Source: Candidatus Latescibacterota bacterium
Lineage (GTDB): Bacteria > Latescibacterota > UBA2968 > UBA8231
DNA: 64,000 nucleotides
Reading direction: 5' to 3'
NCBI GenBank assembly: GCA_965221775.1
Contig: CBDCSU010000004.1
Location: forward strand, 1,056,001 to 1,120,000
Shown piece after piece: positions 1 to 9,700 of this stretch. The position numbers and the translations under genes are program-made. The notes below the pieces were generated by a model. It did no database searches. It was not told the origin of the DNA and was given only the letters and a program-made list of their open reading frames with translations. Every line of letters starts with the position of its first letter. Positions within the stretch are counted from its first letter, which is position 1.

Positions 1-234
1 GACAACATGCCCCTGGCCACGATGGCCGAGTGTGTGCGGCTCTTGCAGACCGCCGCGGCGGACGTGGAGACCGAGGCCACCGGCGGCATCACCCTCGACG
101 AGGTCCGTGCCGTGGCCGAGACCGGGGTCGACTGGATCTCGGTGGGTGCCCTCACCCACTCCGCACCAGCCCTCGACCTGAGCCTGCTGTTCGAGGCGAC
201 AGACCGGCCCCGGGCCCGGAGCGAGAAACCGTGA
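1..234 (+). CDS. nadC: Nicotinate-nucleotide diphosphorylase (carboxylating), C-terminal part (5' truncated by window edge)
   Basis: DNM...EATGGITLDEVRAVAETGVDWISVGALTHSAPALDLSL is the characteristic QPRTase C-terminus. Confidence 0.92.
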   Translation, partial: DNMPLATMAECVRLLQTAAADVETEATGGITLDEVRAVAETGVDWISVGALTHSAPALDLSLLFEATDRPRARSEKP

Positions 235-329
235 GCGAGTCCGACTCCACGGTCCTCGCCAGCCCGGGGCCCGAATCTGCCCCGAATCAGGGGCCTCGAA
301 CCCCCCGATTCCTTGATTTGTTCGGCTAC

Positions 330-358
330 TTGCTGTATTTTGAGACGATCGCTATATT
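330..358 (+). promoter_or_regulatory. Putative sigma70-type promoter upstream of the autotransporter
   Basis: TTGCTG (330-335), 17 bp spacer, TATATT (353-358) in a locally AT-rich patch. Confidence 0.45.
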
Positions 359-1076
359 CCTCGGCGTTGCCTCGTCTTTACGCTACCAGTTGGGTAGGGT
401 TGGGTGCGCCGCGTCTGGTGCAGGTTGCCTTCCAGCGGGGGGCCGCACCGTTCCGAGTTAACCTGGACTCGTAGATTGCAAATCTGCTGTCCTCCCTCGC
501 GCGTCCAGCGCATGTGGTCGCTTGGACACGTTTCCAGGCGCGGGGGCGTCGGCTCCCCAAACGACATGGTGACGCTGTCCCAACTCCTCAGCGGATCTTC
601 CCATTCCGAACCCAGTTGCGGCATTGCCTCCCGCAAGACCGCTTCAGGTTCGATACGGTCGGCACACGGCCCAGTGGTGCAAAGGCTCATGCTGAATCAA
701 GGTGCGCCCGGCTGGGTTGATCTCCACCGGCAGCCAGGCCAGGAATTCGACAAGGCCCCGGCGATGGTGTCCCCCGGCCCGGGCCCGATTCTTCAGCCCT
801 TCTGTGCTCTTGCGCGACGTTCCTCCCCTGGCGGGTTCCCGCCGTTGGATGCCCCCCTCCGTGGCCATGGTGGCCACGCCGGAGGCCACCAGCGGGGCCG
901 GCTGGTTGATCGACCGCGGCTGAGATCGCAGGACACCGGGCTCGACCGCCCATCCTGCAGGGCCGCGGCCCTGGCCCACTTGAACCATCTTCCGGGACCG
1001 CCTTCCACGGCAATCCCGCGTGTGGTTCCGTTCCCGACCGAGAAAATCCCGAGTCGACTCAGAAAGGATCTCAGAA

Positions 1077-4000
1077 ATGTCGCATAGCAGAGGATTGATT
1101 GGGAGGCTGATCCCGATAGGGTTGAGCACCTTCCTTTGGACGAGTCTGCCGGCTACGGCTCAAGTAGCCGGCGAGGCCGAGCGTACGCCGGAGGCGGTCA
1201 CCGGGGTACGCGCCGAGATCAATGCCGAAGGAACGGGTATCACCGTCTCCTGGGAGCTGTCGGATTCCGACCGGATCAGCAGCGTTCCCGTCGGTACCGG
1301 CGACTTCACCTCGGGCGGCTCCTTTGCGGGCATCAATGGCGTGGATGACTACCTCATCTACCGCCAGGGCGCCGACGACGACGAGCCTACTCAGGTGGGC
1401 TCGGTCAATGCCGGGATCAACACATTCGTCGATCGATCTTTCACCGTGGGGACGACCTACACGTACTCGGTTACCGCCACTCCCCCGGCCGGCGACAATG
1501 AGAGCGATCCCGCCGTGGCCGACGCACCAGTCGACGTGGGTCCCCCGCCGGCGGTCACGCTCACAGTCGACCGGACCAACCTTGGTGAGGGAGATGGTGT
1601 TGCGGCGGTCACGGTGACGGCAACCCTGGACAGGGCGTGGGCAATCAACACGCCGGTGGAGGTTTCGATATCCGATGCCGGTACGGCAGAGCATGCGGAA
1701 GGCCGCGACTACACGGCCGAGTCGCCGGAGCCGATCACCATTCCCGCCGGCGAGACCCAGGCCAGCACGACCCTGTCAATCGCCCTGAACGACGACAACC
1801 TGGCCGAAGGAGATACCCCCGAGACCATCGTCCTCGAGGGAGCTTCGGCCGTGACGGCGGGTGCCACGGTTACCCCGGTGGACCTGGAGGTAACCGGGAC
1901 CGGGCTCACCGTGACGGACAACGACGTGGCCCCCACCTCGATAGCGCTCACTGTGGGCACGTCCAGTGTGGACGAGGGCGCCGGCGAGACGGGCGTGGAG
2001 GTGACGGCCACCCTGGGTGACGGCAGCACCGCCCTGATCGTCGACACCCAGGTGACAGTGTCCCTGTCCGGGACCGATGAGGCGCTGGGCCCCGACTACT
2101 CGGCCGAAGAGCTCACCTTCACCGTTCCGGCAGAGCAGACCGCGGCCAGCGCGACGCTGACCCTGACCCCCAACGACGACAACTTGGCCGGCGAGGGGGA
2201 CGAGTCGATCGAGGTGGCCGGCGCCGCCGACGGGTTCACCGTCGAATCGGCGGCGATCACCCTGACCGACAACGATGTCGTTCCCACCTCCATCAGCCTC
2301 GCCGTCGATACCGCCAGTCTGGATGAAGGCGCCGGCGAGACCGCCATCAACGTGACCGCCACCCTGGGCGACGGCAGCACCGCCCTGATCACCGAGACAA
2401 CGGTCACCCTGTCCCTGTCGGGGACCGACGAGGCTCTCGGCCCCGACTACTCGGCGTCCGATGTCACCCTCACCGTCGCCCCCGGCGCCACCGATGGCAG
2501 CGGCACCCTGACCCTGACCCCCAACGACGACAACCTGGCCGGAGAAGGGGACGAGACCATCGAGGTGGCTGGCGCCGCCGACGGGTTCACCGTCGAATCG
2601 GCGGCGATCACCCTGACCGACAACGATGTCGTTCCCACCTCCATCAGCCTCGCCGTCGATACCGCCAGTCTGGATGAAGGCGCCGGCGAGACCGCCATCA
2701 ACGTGACCGCCACCCTGGGCGACGACAGCACCGCCCTGATCACCGATACTCAGGTCGCCCTGTCACTCTCAGGGACCCACGTGGATCTGGGCCCCGACTA
2801 CGAGGATGTCGAGGTCACCGTCACCGTCGCCGCCGGGGCTACCAATGGCAGCGGCATCCTGCCCCTGACACCGATCGACGACATCCTGGCCGGAGAAGGG
2901 GACGAGACCATCGAGGTGGCCGGCGCCGCCGACGGGTTCACCGTCGCGTCGGCGATGATCACCTTGACCGACAACGATGTGGTTCCCACCTCCATCACGC
3001 TCACCGTGGACCCGGGCAGCCTCGACGAGGGCGCCGGAGACACGGCCGTGGAGGTGACGGCCACCCTGGGCGACGGCAGCACCGCCCTCCTTACCGAAAC
3101 CCAGGTCGCCCTGTCCCTGTCCGGCACCCATGAGGTTTTCGGGGCCGACTACACGGCGGCCGATGTCACGATCACCGTCGCCCCCGGCGCCACCGATGGC
3201 AGCGGATCGGTATCGATCTCCGTGGTCGACGACAACCTGGCCGAGGGAGAGGAGACCATCGAGATCTCGGGTGCGGCCGAAGGGTTCGAGGTCCAGTCCA
3301 CGTCCCTCGGTCTCATCGACAACGACGTGGCTCCCACCTCCATAGCACTCGGCGTCGACACCGCCACCCTGGGCGAGGACGCCGGCGAGACGGCCGTGGA
3401 GGTCACGGCCACCCTGGGTGACGGCAGCACCGCCCTGCTGACGGACACGCAGGTGGCCCTCTCCGTGTCGGGGACCGACGAGACCCTGGGCTCCGACTAC
3501 GAGGCCGTCGAGGTCACCATCACCGTCGCCGCCGGCGAGACGGCTGGCAGCGGCACCCTGACCCTGACGCCGAATGACGACAACCTGGCCGAAGGGGACG
3601 AAACGATCGAGGTGGCCGGTGCCGCCGACGGCTTCACCGTCGAGTCCGCGTCGATCGGTTTCACCGACAACGACGTGCCTCCCACCTCCATCAGCCTCTC
3701 CGTGGCAGACCCGGCCAGCCTGGCCGAAGGCGCCGGGGAGACGGCCATCGAGGTGACGGCCACCCTGGGCGACGGCAGCACCGCCCTGCTCACCGAGACG
3801 GCGGTAACCGTCTCCCTGTCCGGGACCGACGAGGCCTTGGGCCCCGACTACACGGCCTCCGATGTCACCATCACAGTCGCTCCCGGGGCTACCTCGGGCA
3901 GCGGATCGGTGGCGATCTCCGTGGTCGACGACAACCTGGCCGAGGGAGACGAGACGATCGAGGTCTCCGGTGCGGCCGAGGGGTTCGCCGTCGAGTCGAC

Positions 4001-7000
4001 GATGGTTACCCTGATCGACGACGACGCGGCTCCTACCTCCATCAGCCTGGCCGTCGATACCGGCAGCCTGGATGAGAGCGCCGGGGAGACGGCCATCGAG
4101 GTGACCGCCACCCTGGGTGACGGCAGCACCGCCCTGCTCACCGAGACCCAGGTGACCCTGTCCCTGTCCGGGACCGACGAGGCTCTGGGCTCGGACTACG
4201 AGGCCTCGGACGTCACCATCACCGTCGCCGCCGGGGCTACCGGTGGCAGCGGCACCCTGACCCTGACGCCCAATGACGACAACCTGGCCGAAGGGAACGA
4301 GACCATCGAGGTGGCCGGTGCGGCCGACGGCTTCACCGTCGAGTCCGCGTCGATCGGCATCACCGACAACGACGTGGCTCCCACCTCGATCGTCCTGGCC
4401 GTGGACAACGACACCTTCGATGAAGGGGACGGCGAGACGGGCCTGACCGTCACCGCCACCCTGGGCGACGGAAGCACCGCCCTGCTCAGCGACACCGAGG
4501 TTGCTCTCGCGGTGGCCGAGAGCGATGACAATGCCGCCACCGGTACCAGCATCACCATCGCCGCCGGCCAGACCTCCGCCAGCGGGTCCCTGTCGCTGAC
4601 GCTCATCGAGGAGAACCTGGTCGACGGCGACAAGGTCATCCTGCTCACCGGAGACGCCGCCGGCTTCAACATCGGCGACGTCGAGCTCACCGTCACCGAC
4701 AACGACGTGGCTCCCACCACGATCACTCTCGAGGTGGACAACGATACCTTCGACGAGGGGGACGGTGAGACGAGCCTGACCGTCACCGCCACCCTGGGCG
4801 ACGGCAGCACCGCCCTGTTGAACCATATCGACGTCGACCTCGCCATAGCCGGGAGCGACGAGAACGGGGCTGCCGGCGGCGCCGTGAGGATCGAGGAACG
4901 CGAGACCGTCGGCAGCGCAAGTCTGTCGCTGACGCTCATCGACGAGAACCTCGTCGACGGCGACAAGACCATCACGCTCACGGGAACCGCCGACGGTTAC
5001 GACATCGGTGACGTCACGCTCACCGTCACCGACAACGACGTGGCTCCCACCACGATCACTCTCAGCCTCAGCAGGGACAGCTTCGACGAGAGCGACGGCG
5101 AGACGGCCATCACCGTAACCGCAGTCCTGGGCGACGGCAGCACCGCCCTGTTGAACGACACCCAGATCACCCTGTCCCTGTCGGGCACGGCCGAGGAAGG
5201 ATCGGACTACTCCGCTTCGGTGCCGTCGATCACGGTCGCAGCCACGGAGACCTCAGCCAGCGGCGTCCTGACTCTGACGCCGCCCGACGAGCTCATCCCC
5301 GAGTACGACGAGACAGTCGTGGTCGAGGGGTCGGCGTCGGGATTCACCGTCTCGTCGGTGACGATCACGCTCACCGATGACGACGATGAGCCGGTCGTGG
5401 TGACTCCCATCCCCGACATGACCCTGTATGTCGGCGGGGCTGACGGCGTCGTGGACCTGTCGGACAAGTTCCGTGGTCTCGACATGTCCTTCGCCGCCAC
5501 CTCGTCGGACCCGGGCGTCGCCACGGTCTCCGTGGCCGGATCCCAGGTAACGGTCTCGCCGGTGATCGAGGGCTCGTCCTCGATCGCGGTGACCGCCATG
5601 AACACCATCGGTCCCGACGCGGCTCAGAGCTTTTCGGTGACCGTGATCACCGAGCCGAATGAGACGCAGATCGTCACCGACGCCCTCGCGGCGATCGGCC
5701 GGACTACGCTTGCCAGCGTATCGACGGCAATCGGTACTCGCTTCTCCTCCAGGCCCAGCCTGAAGGTGAACTTGGCCGGTTACTCCCTCCTGGACGAGGG
5801 AGCTGCCGCCCACCTGGGGGTTGGTACCCTCGGCCTGCAGAACGAGATGCGGTATGCCATGGGCTCGCGGAACGAGATGTCATGGCAGCAGGCCCTGCGC
5901 AGCACCTCCTTCGCCGTTCCCATGGGCGAGTCCGGCGGCGGGTCCGATCCGAACCTGCCCAACTGGACGATCTGGGGGCTCGGCGACTACAACACCTTCG
6001 AAGGGACGCCGGACTACGGCAGCCACAGTGGTACGGTGACCTCGGTCTACCTGGGTGCTGACAAGCGGGTGGCCTCAAGCGCCCAGGTCGGTGCCACGGT
6101 CTCCTACAGCATGGGAGAGACCGACTACGACTTCGAGGGCGACGGCGCCAGCGGGTCGGGTGCCTTGACAACGGTTCTCACGAGCGTCTATCCCTACCTC
6201 CGCGTCGCGCCCAGCAAGGGCGTGGACATCTGGGCCATCGGTGGCCTGGGTGTTGGCACCGTGGAGAATGAGCGCGGCGTCTCCGGTACCACCGAAGAGG
6301 GCGACCTGGCCATGGCCCTGGCGATTCTGGGCGCAAGACGGTCCTTGGGCAACATGGGCGGATTGGATGTGGCCCTGCGCGGCGACGCCGGCACGGTGAA
6401 TCTCTCCACGGCCGAAGCGGAAGGCGTGATCGCCGACCAGGCCGTGGCCGCTCAACGCTTCCGCCTGGGACTCGAGGGAGCGCACACCTTCCAGATGTCC
6501 AGTTGTGCGAAGGTGACGCCCTACGGCGAGGTGAGCGGGCGCTTTGACGGTGGCGACGGTCAGACCGGCGGCGGTCTTGAGGCCGCGGGCGGCTTGCGCT
6601 ACGAGTGCCCGAGGTCGCGCTTCCGCCTGGAGGCCCGGGGCCGCGTCCTGGCTCTGAACTCCGCTTACAGCGAGACCGGCGGCAGCGTCATGGCCAGCTA
6701 CTCGCCCGGGGCGGATGGGCTCGGTCTGTCCATGGCCTTGGCGCCCAGTTGGGGTGCCAGTGGCGGTGGCGCCCAGGCGCTGTTGCGTGACGATGCCTTC
6801 CGGAAGATCGGCCATCTCGGCTCCACGCGGGATGACTGGTCCATGGACGCGCAGGTCGGCTACGGCATGCGGCTTCAGCCGGTGCCGGGCGTGCTTACGC
6901 CCTTCGCCCTGCTCGGTCCCGCCGGAGCCGGTTCGCAGATGCGCCTCGGGGTCCGCTTCGAAGGCCTGAGAGGTACAGCTTTCGAATTGATGGATCTCGA

Positions 7001-7073
7001 TGTCTCCGCGGGCCGAATCGACCGCCGTCAGGCCGAGAACCGCGTCGACGTAAGGGGTGCGATGCACTTCTAA
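1077..7073 (+). CDS. Large autotransporter adhesin: signal peptide, FN3-like domain, ~11 Calx-beta/Ig-like acidic repeats, C-terminal beta-barrel
   Basis: SD AAAGGA before ATG 1077; signal peptide MSHSRGLIG...LPATAQ; ~117-aa repeats ending TDNDV(A/V)PTS; barrel-like C-terminal ~430 aa ending in F. Confidence 0.85.
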   Translation: MSHSRGLIGRLIPIGLSTFLWTSLPATAQVAGEAERTPEAVTGVRAEINAEGTGITVSWELSDSDRISSVPVGTGDFTSGGSFAGINGVDDYLIYRQGADDDEPTQVGSVNAGINTFVDRSFTVGTTYTYSVTATPPAGDNESDPAVADAPVDVGPPPAVTLTVDRTNLGEGDGVAAVTVTATLDRAWAINTPVEVSISDAGTAEHAEGRDYTAESPEPITIPAGETQASTTLSIALNDDNLAEGDTPETIVLEGASAVTAGATVTPVDLEVTGTGLTVTDNDVAPTSIALTVGTSSVDEGAGETGVEVTATLGDGSTALIVDTQVTVSLSGTDEALGPDYSAEELTFTVPAEQTAASATLTLTPNDDNLAGEGDESIEVAGAADGFTVESAAITLTDNDVVPTSISLAVDTASLDEGAGETAINVTATLGDGSTALITETTVTLSLSGTDEALGPDYSASDVTLTVAPGATDGSGTLTLTPNDDNLAGEGDETIEVAGAADGFTVESAAITLTDNDVVPTSISLAVDTASLDEGAGETAINVTATLGDDSTALITDTQVALSLSGTHVDLGPDYEDVEVTVTVAAGATNGSGILPLTPIDDILAGEGDETIEVAGAADGFTVASAMITLTDNDVVPTSITLTVDPGSLDEGAGDTAVEVTATLGDGSTALLTETQVALSLSGTHEVFGADYTAADVTITVAPGATDGSGSVSISVVDDNLAEGEETIEISGAAEGFEVQSTSLGLIDNDVAPTSIALGVDTATLGEDAGETAVEVTATLGDGSTALLTDTQVALSVSGTDETLGSDYEAVEVTITVAAGETAGSGTLTLTPNDDNLAEGDETIEVAGAADGFTVESASIGFTDNDVPPTSISLSVADPASLAEGAGETAIEVTATLGDGSTALLTETAVTVSLSGTDEALGPDYTASDVTITVAPGATSGSGSVAISVVDDNLAEGDETIEVSGAAEGFAVESTMVTLIDDDAAPTSISLAVDTGSLDESAGETAIEVTATLGDGSTALLTETQVTLSLSGTDEALGSDYEASDVTITVAAGATGGSGTLTLTPNDDNLAEGNETIEVAGAADGFTVESASIGITDNDVAPTSIVLAVDNDTFDEGDGETGLTVTATLGDGSTALLSDTEVALAVAESDDNAATGTSITIAAGQTSASGSLSLTLIEENLVDGDKVILLTGDAAGFNIGDVELTVTDNDVAPTTITLEVDNDTFDEGDGETSLTVTATLGDGSTALLNHIDVDLAIAGSDENGAAGGAVRIEERETVGSASLSLTLIDENLVDGDKTITLTGTADGYDIGDVTLTVTDNDVAPTTITLSLSRDSFDESDGETAITVTAVLGDGSTALLNDTQITLSLSGTAEEGSDYSASVPSITVAATETSASGVLTLTPPDELIPEYDETVVVEGSASGFTVSSVTITLTDDDDEPVVVTPIPDMTLYVGGADGVVDLSDKFRGLDMSFAATSSDPGVATVSVAGSQVTVSPVIEGSSSIAVTAMNTIGPDAAQSFSVTVITEPNETQIVTDALAAIGRTTLASVSTAIGTRFSSRPSLKVNLAGYSLLDEGAAAHLGVGTLGLQNEMRYAMGSRNEMSWQQALRSTSFAVPMGESGGGSDPNLPNWTIWGLGDYNTFEGTPDYGSHSGTVTSVYLGADKRVASSAQVGATVSYSMGETDYDFEGDGASGSGALTTVLTSVYPYLRVAPSKGVDIWAIGGLGVGTVENERGVSGTTEEGDLAMALAILGARRSLGNMGGLDVALRGDAGTVNLSTAEAEGVIADQAVAAQRFRLGLEGAHTFQMSSCAKVTPYGEVSGRFDGGDGQTGGGLEAAGGLRYECPRSRFRLEARGRVLALNSAYSETGGSVMASYSPGADGLGLSMALAPSWGASGGGAQALLRDDAFRKIGHLGSTRDDWSMDAQVGYGMRLQPVPGVLTPFALLGPAGAGSQMRLGVRFEGLRGTAFELMDLDVSAGRIDRRQAENRVDVRGAMHF
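1540..5390 (+). repeat. Intragenic tandem repeats, period ~330-351 bp
   Basis: Recurring GACAACGA(C/T)GT motif at ~1918, 2268, 2619, 2970, 3318, 3666, 4365, 4698, 5031; 2220-2373 is identical to 2571-2724. Confidence 0.9.
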
Positions 7074-7098
7074 GACGCGCGCCGGTCAATACCAGAAA

Positions 7099-7146
7099 CC
7101 CCTCGAGGGAGAGCGAGTTCGTTTCTCCCTCGAGGGGCTTTTCTTT
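7099..7146 (+). terminator. Intrinsic terminator after the autotransporter
   Basis: CCCCTCGAGGGAGA / TCTCCCTCGAGGGG stem followed by CTTTTCTTT. Confidence 0.85.
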
Positions 7147-7185
7147 GCGTGCCGGGCCTTGCCACTTGCCGGCTCGCTCTACCTG

Positions 7186-7518
7186 CTAACGCCCGGCCGC
7201 GCCTGCCTCCGGCTCCAGACGGGCGATGATCCCCGCGGCCATGGAACCCGTCCGGACTCCCACGACCGATGCATCCTGGCGCCCCATGGCGGCCGTCAAG
7301 GGCTCCAGGGAGGGACAGCGGAGCACCCGCACTCCGTCTCTCTGCAGGCGGGAGAGTTCCTTCTGGGTGTTCGCCGATACGGATGCCGCCAGGAATACCA
7401 GGGCGAGATCCCCGGTCCTCCGCACGGCGGACAGTCCCACAACGACGGCCCCGGAACGCGCCCCCAGCCCGATCAGGTTGGAGGCCCGGGCAACGACCTG
7501 AGAGTCGACCTCCTCCAA
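7186..7518 (-). CDS. L7Ae/YlxQ-like RNA-binding protein
   Basis: AGGAGG SD then TTG at 7518; NLIGLGARSGAVVVG...LVFLAASVSANTQKEL...LTAAMGRQDASVVGV resembles the L7Ae/L30e fold. Confidence 0.65.
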   Translation of the reverse strand: MEEVDSQVVARASNLIGLGARSGAVVVGLSAVRRTGDLALVFLAASVSANTQKELSRLQRDGVRVLRCPSLEPLTAAMGRQDASVVGVRTGSMAAGIIARLEPEAGAAGR

Positions 7519-7529
7519 GCGGAAACCTC

Positions 7530-8546
7530 CTACTCGAAGGCCGGTTTCACCGGCATGCCGCCCTTGCGCCGGGCCGAGATGTTGGCCGCCTCCAGCACGC
7601 CGATGACCCGCGCCGCCGACTCCGGGGTCACCGCGAGGGCAGCCCTGCCCTGGAGATGGCGCTTCACGTTCTCGTAATAGGCGTCCCAATTGGAGGCGGG
7701 AGGGGTAAGGCGCGTCTCCATCTGGCGGCCATTCACCATCGCCTTCACCAGGTAGGCGCCGTCAGCCGCCGCTTCGATCGATCCCCGGTCGCCGAGGATC
7801 CGCCACTTCGGCCGTGAGGACATGGCCAGGTTGGAGATCACCAGATGGGCCAGGCAGCCCCCCTTGAACTTGAGGGTGTACTCGGAGTGGTCCTCGTTCG
7901 TATAGTCCTCCCATTCCCGGCACTTCACCTGGTAGCCGCTCACCCAGTCGATGTCGTCCCTCACCAGTCCCAGGATCCAGTCCGTGAAATGGGCGCCCCA
8001 GTCATAGATCGCTCCGCCGGAGATCCTCCTGTCCGCCCGCCACCAGTCCGGTTGTCTGCCGTAGCCTCCGAACCCGGCTTCCAGGCGGAAGACCCGGCCG
8101 ATGATCCTCTCCTTCTGGATCAACTCCCGCAGAAGCAGGAAGTCCCCGTCCCACCGGCGGTTGTGGAAGGTGGAGAGCATCACCCGGTTGCGGCGAGCCG
8201 CCGCGAGCATCGCCTTCACCTCCCGGGAGGTGACCGCCATCGGTTTCTCGCACACGGCCCCGACCTTGGCATCGAGAGCCTGCAGGGCCAGCTTTGCGTG
8301 GGTATTGTGGGGCGTGATGATGGCCACGAGGTCGAGGTCGGAGTGTCGCAGCATGGCCCCAGGACGGGCATAGGTGGCAATCCCCGGAAAGTCCTGGTCC
8401 GCCGCCTTGCGGCGCTCGGGGTCCAGATCGCAGACCGCGGCGGCCGCCATGCCTGCCTTCTCCATCGACGCGAGATGGGCGCGGCCCATGTTGAAGGCAC
8501 CTCCGTATCCGATTACGCCGCAGCGAAATCCTGTCTTCGATTCCAT
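7530..8546 (-). CDS. Gfo/Idh/MocA family oxidoreductase
   Basis: GVIGYGGAFNMG Rossmann start, CEKPMA, HNRRWD, GGAIYDWGAH. Confidence 0.9.
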   Translation of the reverse strand: MESKTGFRCGVIGYGGAFNMGRAHLASMEKAGMAAAAVCDLDPERRKAADQDFPGIATYARPGAMLRHSDLDLVAIITPHNTHAKLALQALDAKVGAVCEKPMAVTSREVKAMLAAARRNRVMLSTFHNRRWDGDFLLLRELIQKERIIGRVFRLEAGFGGYGRQPDWWRADRRISGGAIYDWGAHFTDWILGLVRDDIDWVSGYQVKCREWEDYTNEDHSEYTLKFKGGCLAHLVISNLAMSSRPKWRILGDRGSIEAAADGAYLVKAMVNGRQMETRLTPPASNWDAYYENVKRHLQGRAALAVTPESAARVIGVLEAANISARRKGGMPVKPAFE

Positions 8547-8587
8547 CGACTACTCCTGGTCTTCATTGAGGAACGCCCAAGCAACCT

Positions 8588-9670
8588 TTGGTAGGAAGCG
8601 GGATCCTCCCGGGGCCGTCAATCGGAGACCCGCCGGTCCGCGCCGGCGAGGGCACATCCCCTTACCTTTCTTCCTGCCAACGGTTGCCACCGCGAGCAGA
8701 GGATCGCCCCTTGAGCCTTCTCCCCGGCGCGGCCCGGCTCGACGCCGATCTGGCCGAGGCCCTGCGCCAAGACCGCCTCCACTCCCTTCTGTTGGTCCAC
8801 ATCCAGCCACTGGAAGGGGAAGATGACAGGGGACCAAGTCTCCTCCGGAGCCTGGCGCCGGCTTCTCCCAGCGCCGCCTACCGCCTTGGCGGCGCCAACT
8901 TCGCCGTGCTCAACCCTTTCGTAGAGCCGGTTTCCGGCCAGCCCTTGCCCGACGGTCTGTGCGGGGGCGGTGTGATCGTCGACCCGGCCTGGCTGACCCC
9001 CGGGCAGGAGACAGGGCGCCTCCTCCTGCGTGCCGCCTCGCGGCTTCTGGCCCTCTCCAGGCAGCGGGGCTGCCACCAGATCCTCTGGATCCGGGAGGAG
9101 GACTCCGGAGCCTCGGACCCGGGAGGAGTGGCCGAGGGCCTGTTCCGGGACCTGGCCCGGGCGAACGCCTCCAGGGCCCGGCAGCTGGAGATCGACTCCC
9201 GTGTGGATTCCCTCACCGGTCTGCACAACCGGAGGGGATTCGACGAGGTCTTCGGCCGGATGGTCGAGACCTCGCGACGTTCCAACCGACCCCTCGGCCT
9301 GCTGTTCCTTGACTGCGACACCCTCAAGGAGATCAACGACGAGGGCGGCCACGAGGCCGGGGACCGCTTCATCCTCGCCCTGGCCAGGGTCCTGCGCAGT
9401 GTGGTCCGGCGCTCCGACGTCATCGTCCGCTGGGGTGCGGACGAGTTCGCCGTCGCCCTCGAAGGCGGCGACCCCGGCCAGGCCCGGGCCCTGGCCGAAC
9501 GCCTGCGCAGCGAGGTCGAGGACCGCACGGAGGGCACCGTCTCCATCGGGATCTACAGCGGTGTGCCCGCCGACGCCGCGGAAGCCGTGGGCTCGGCGGA
9601 TGCCGCCATGTACGAGGCCAAGGAGATGGGCCGAAACGTCGTCGTCACCCGCCGCGGGAACCCCGGGTGA
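8588..9670 (+). CDS. GGDEF-domain protein (GADEF variant); start uncertain
   Basis: DSLTGLHNRR, FLDCDTLKEINDEGGHEAGD, RRSDVIVRWGADEF, ADAAMYEAK. Confidence 0.85.
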   Translation: MVGSGILPGPSIGDPPVRAGEGTSPYLSSCQRLPPRAEDRPLSLLPGAARLDADLAEALRQDRLHSLLLVHIQPLEGEDDRGPSLLRSLAPASPSAAYRLGGANFAVLNPFVEPVSGQPLPDGLCGGGVIVDPAWLTPGQETGRLLLRAASRLLALSRQRGCHQILWIREEDSGASDPGGVAEGLFRDLARANASRARQLEIDSRVDSLTGLHNRRGFDEVFGRMVETSRRSNRPLGLLFLDCDTLKEINDEGGHEAGDRFILALARVLRSVVRRSDVIVRWGADEFAVALEGGDPGQARALAERLRSEVEDRTEGTVSIGIYSGVPADAAEAVGSADAAMYEAKEMGRNVVVTRRGNPG

Positions 9671-9700
9671 AGGCGGTCGATCCGGTCCGGAGGGGCGCCG

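Noticed and set aside
231-461. Small membrane ORF overlapping the nadC stop (VSESD...FGYLLYFETIAIFLG)
   Set aside because: The hydrophobic stretch coincides with the AT-rich promoter-like patch and codon usage is atypical
2769-4826. Long antisense or alternative-frame ORFs (e.g. 2769..4826, 12677..15274, 16019..18742, 18450..21557, 44574..47636)
   Set aside because: Shadow ORFs caused by high GC and codon bias of real genes; Arg/Gly/Pro-rich with no motifs
1540-5390. Diversity-generating retroelement template/variable repeats
   Set aside because: Repeats are in-frame protein modules, differences are not adenine-specific, and no reverse transcriptase is present
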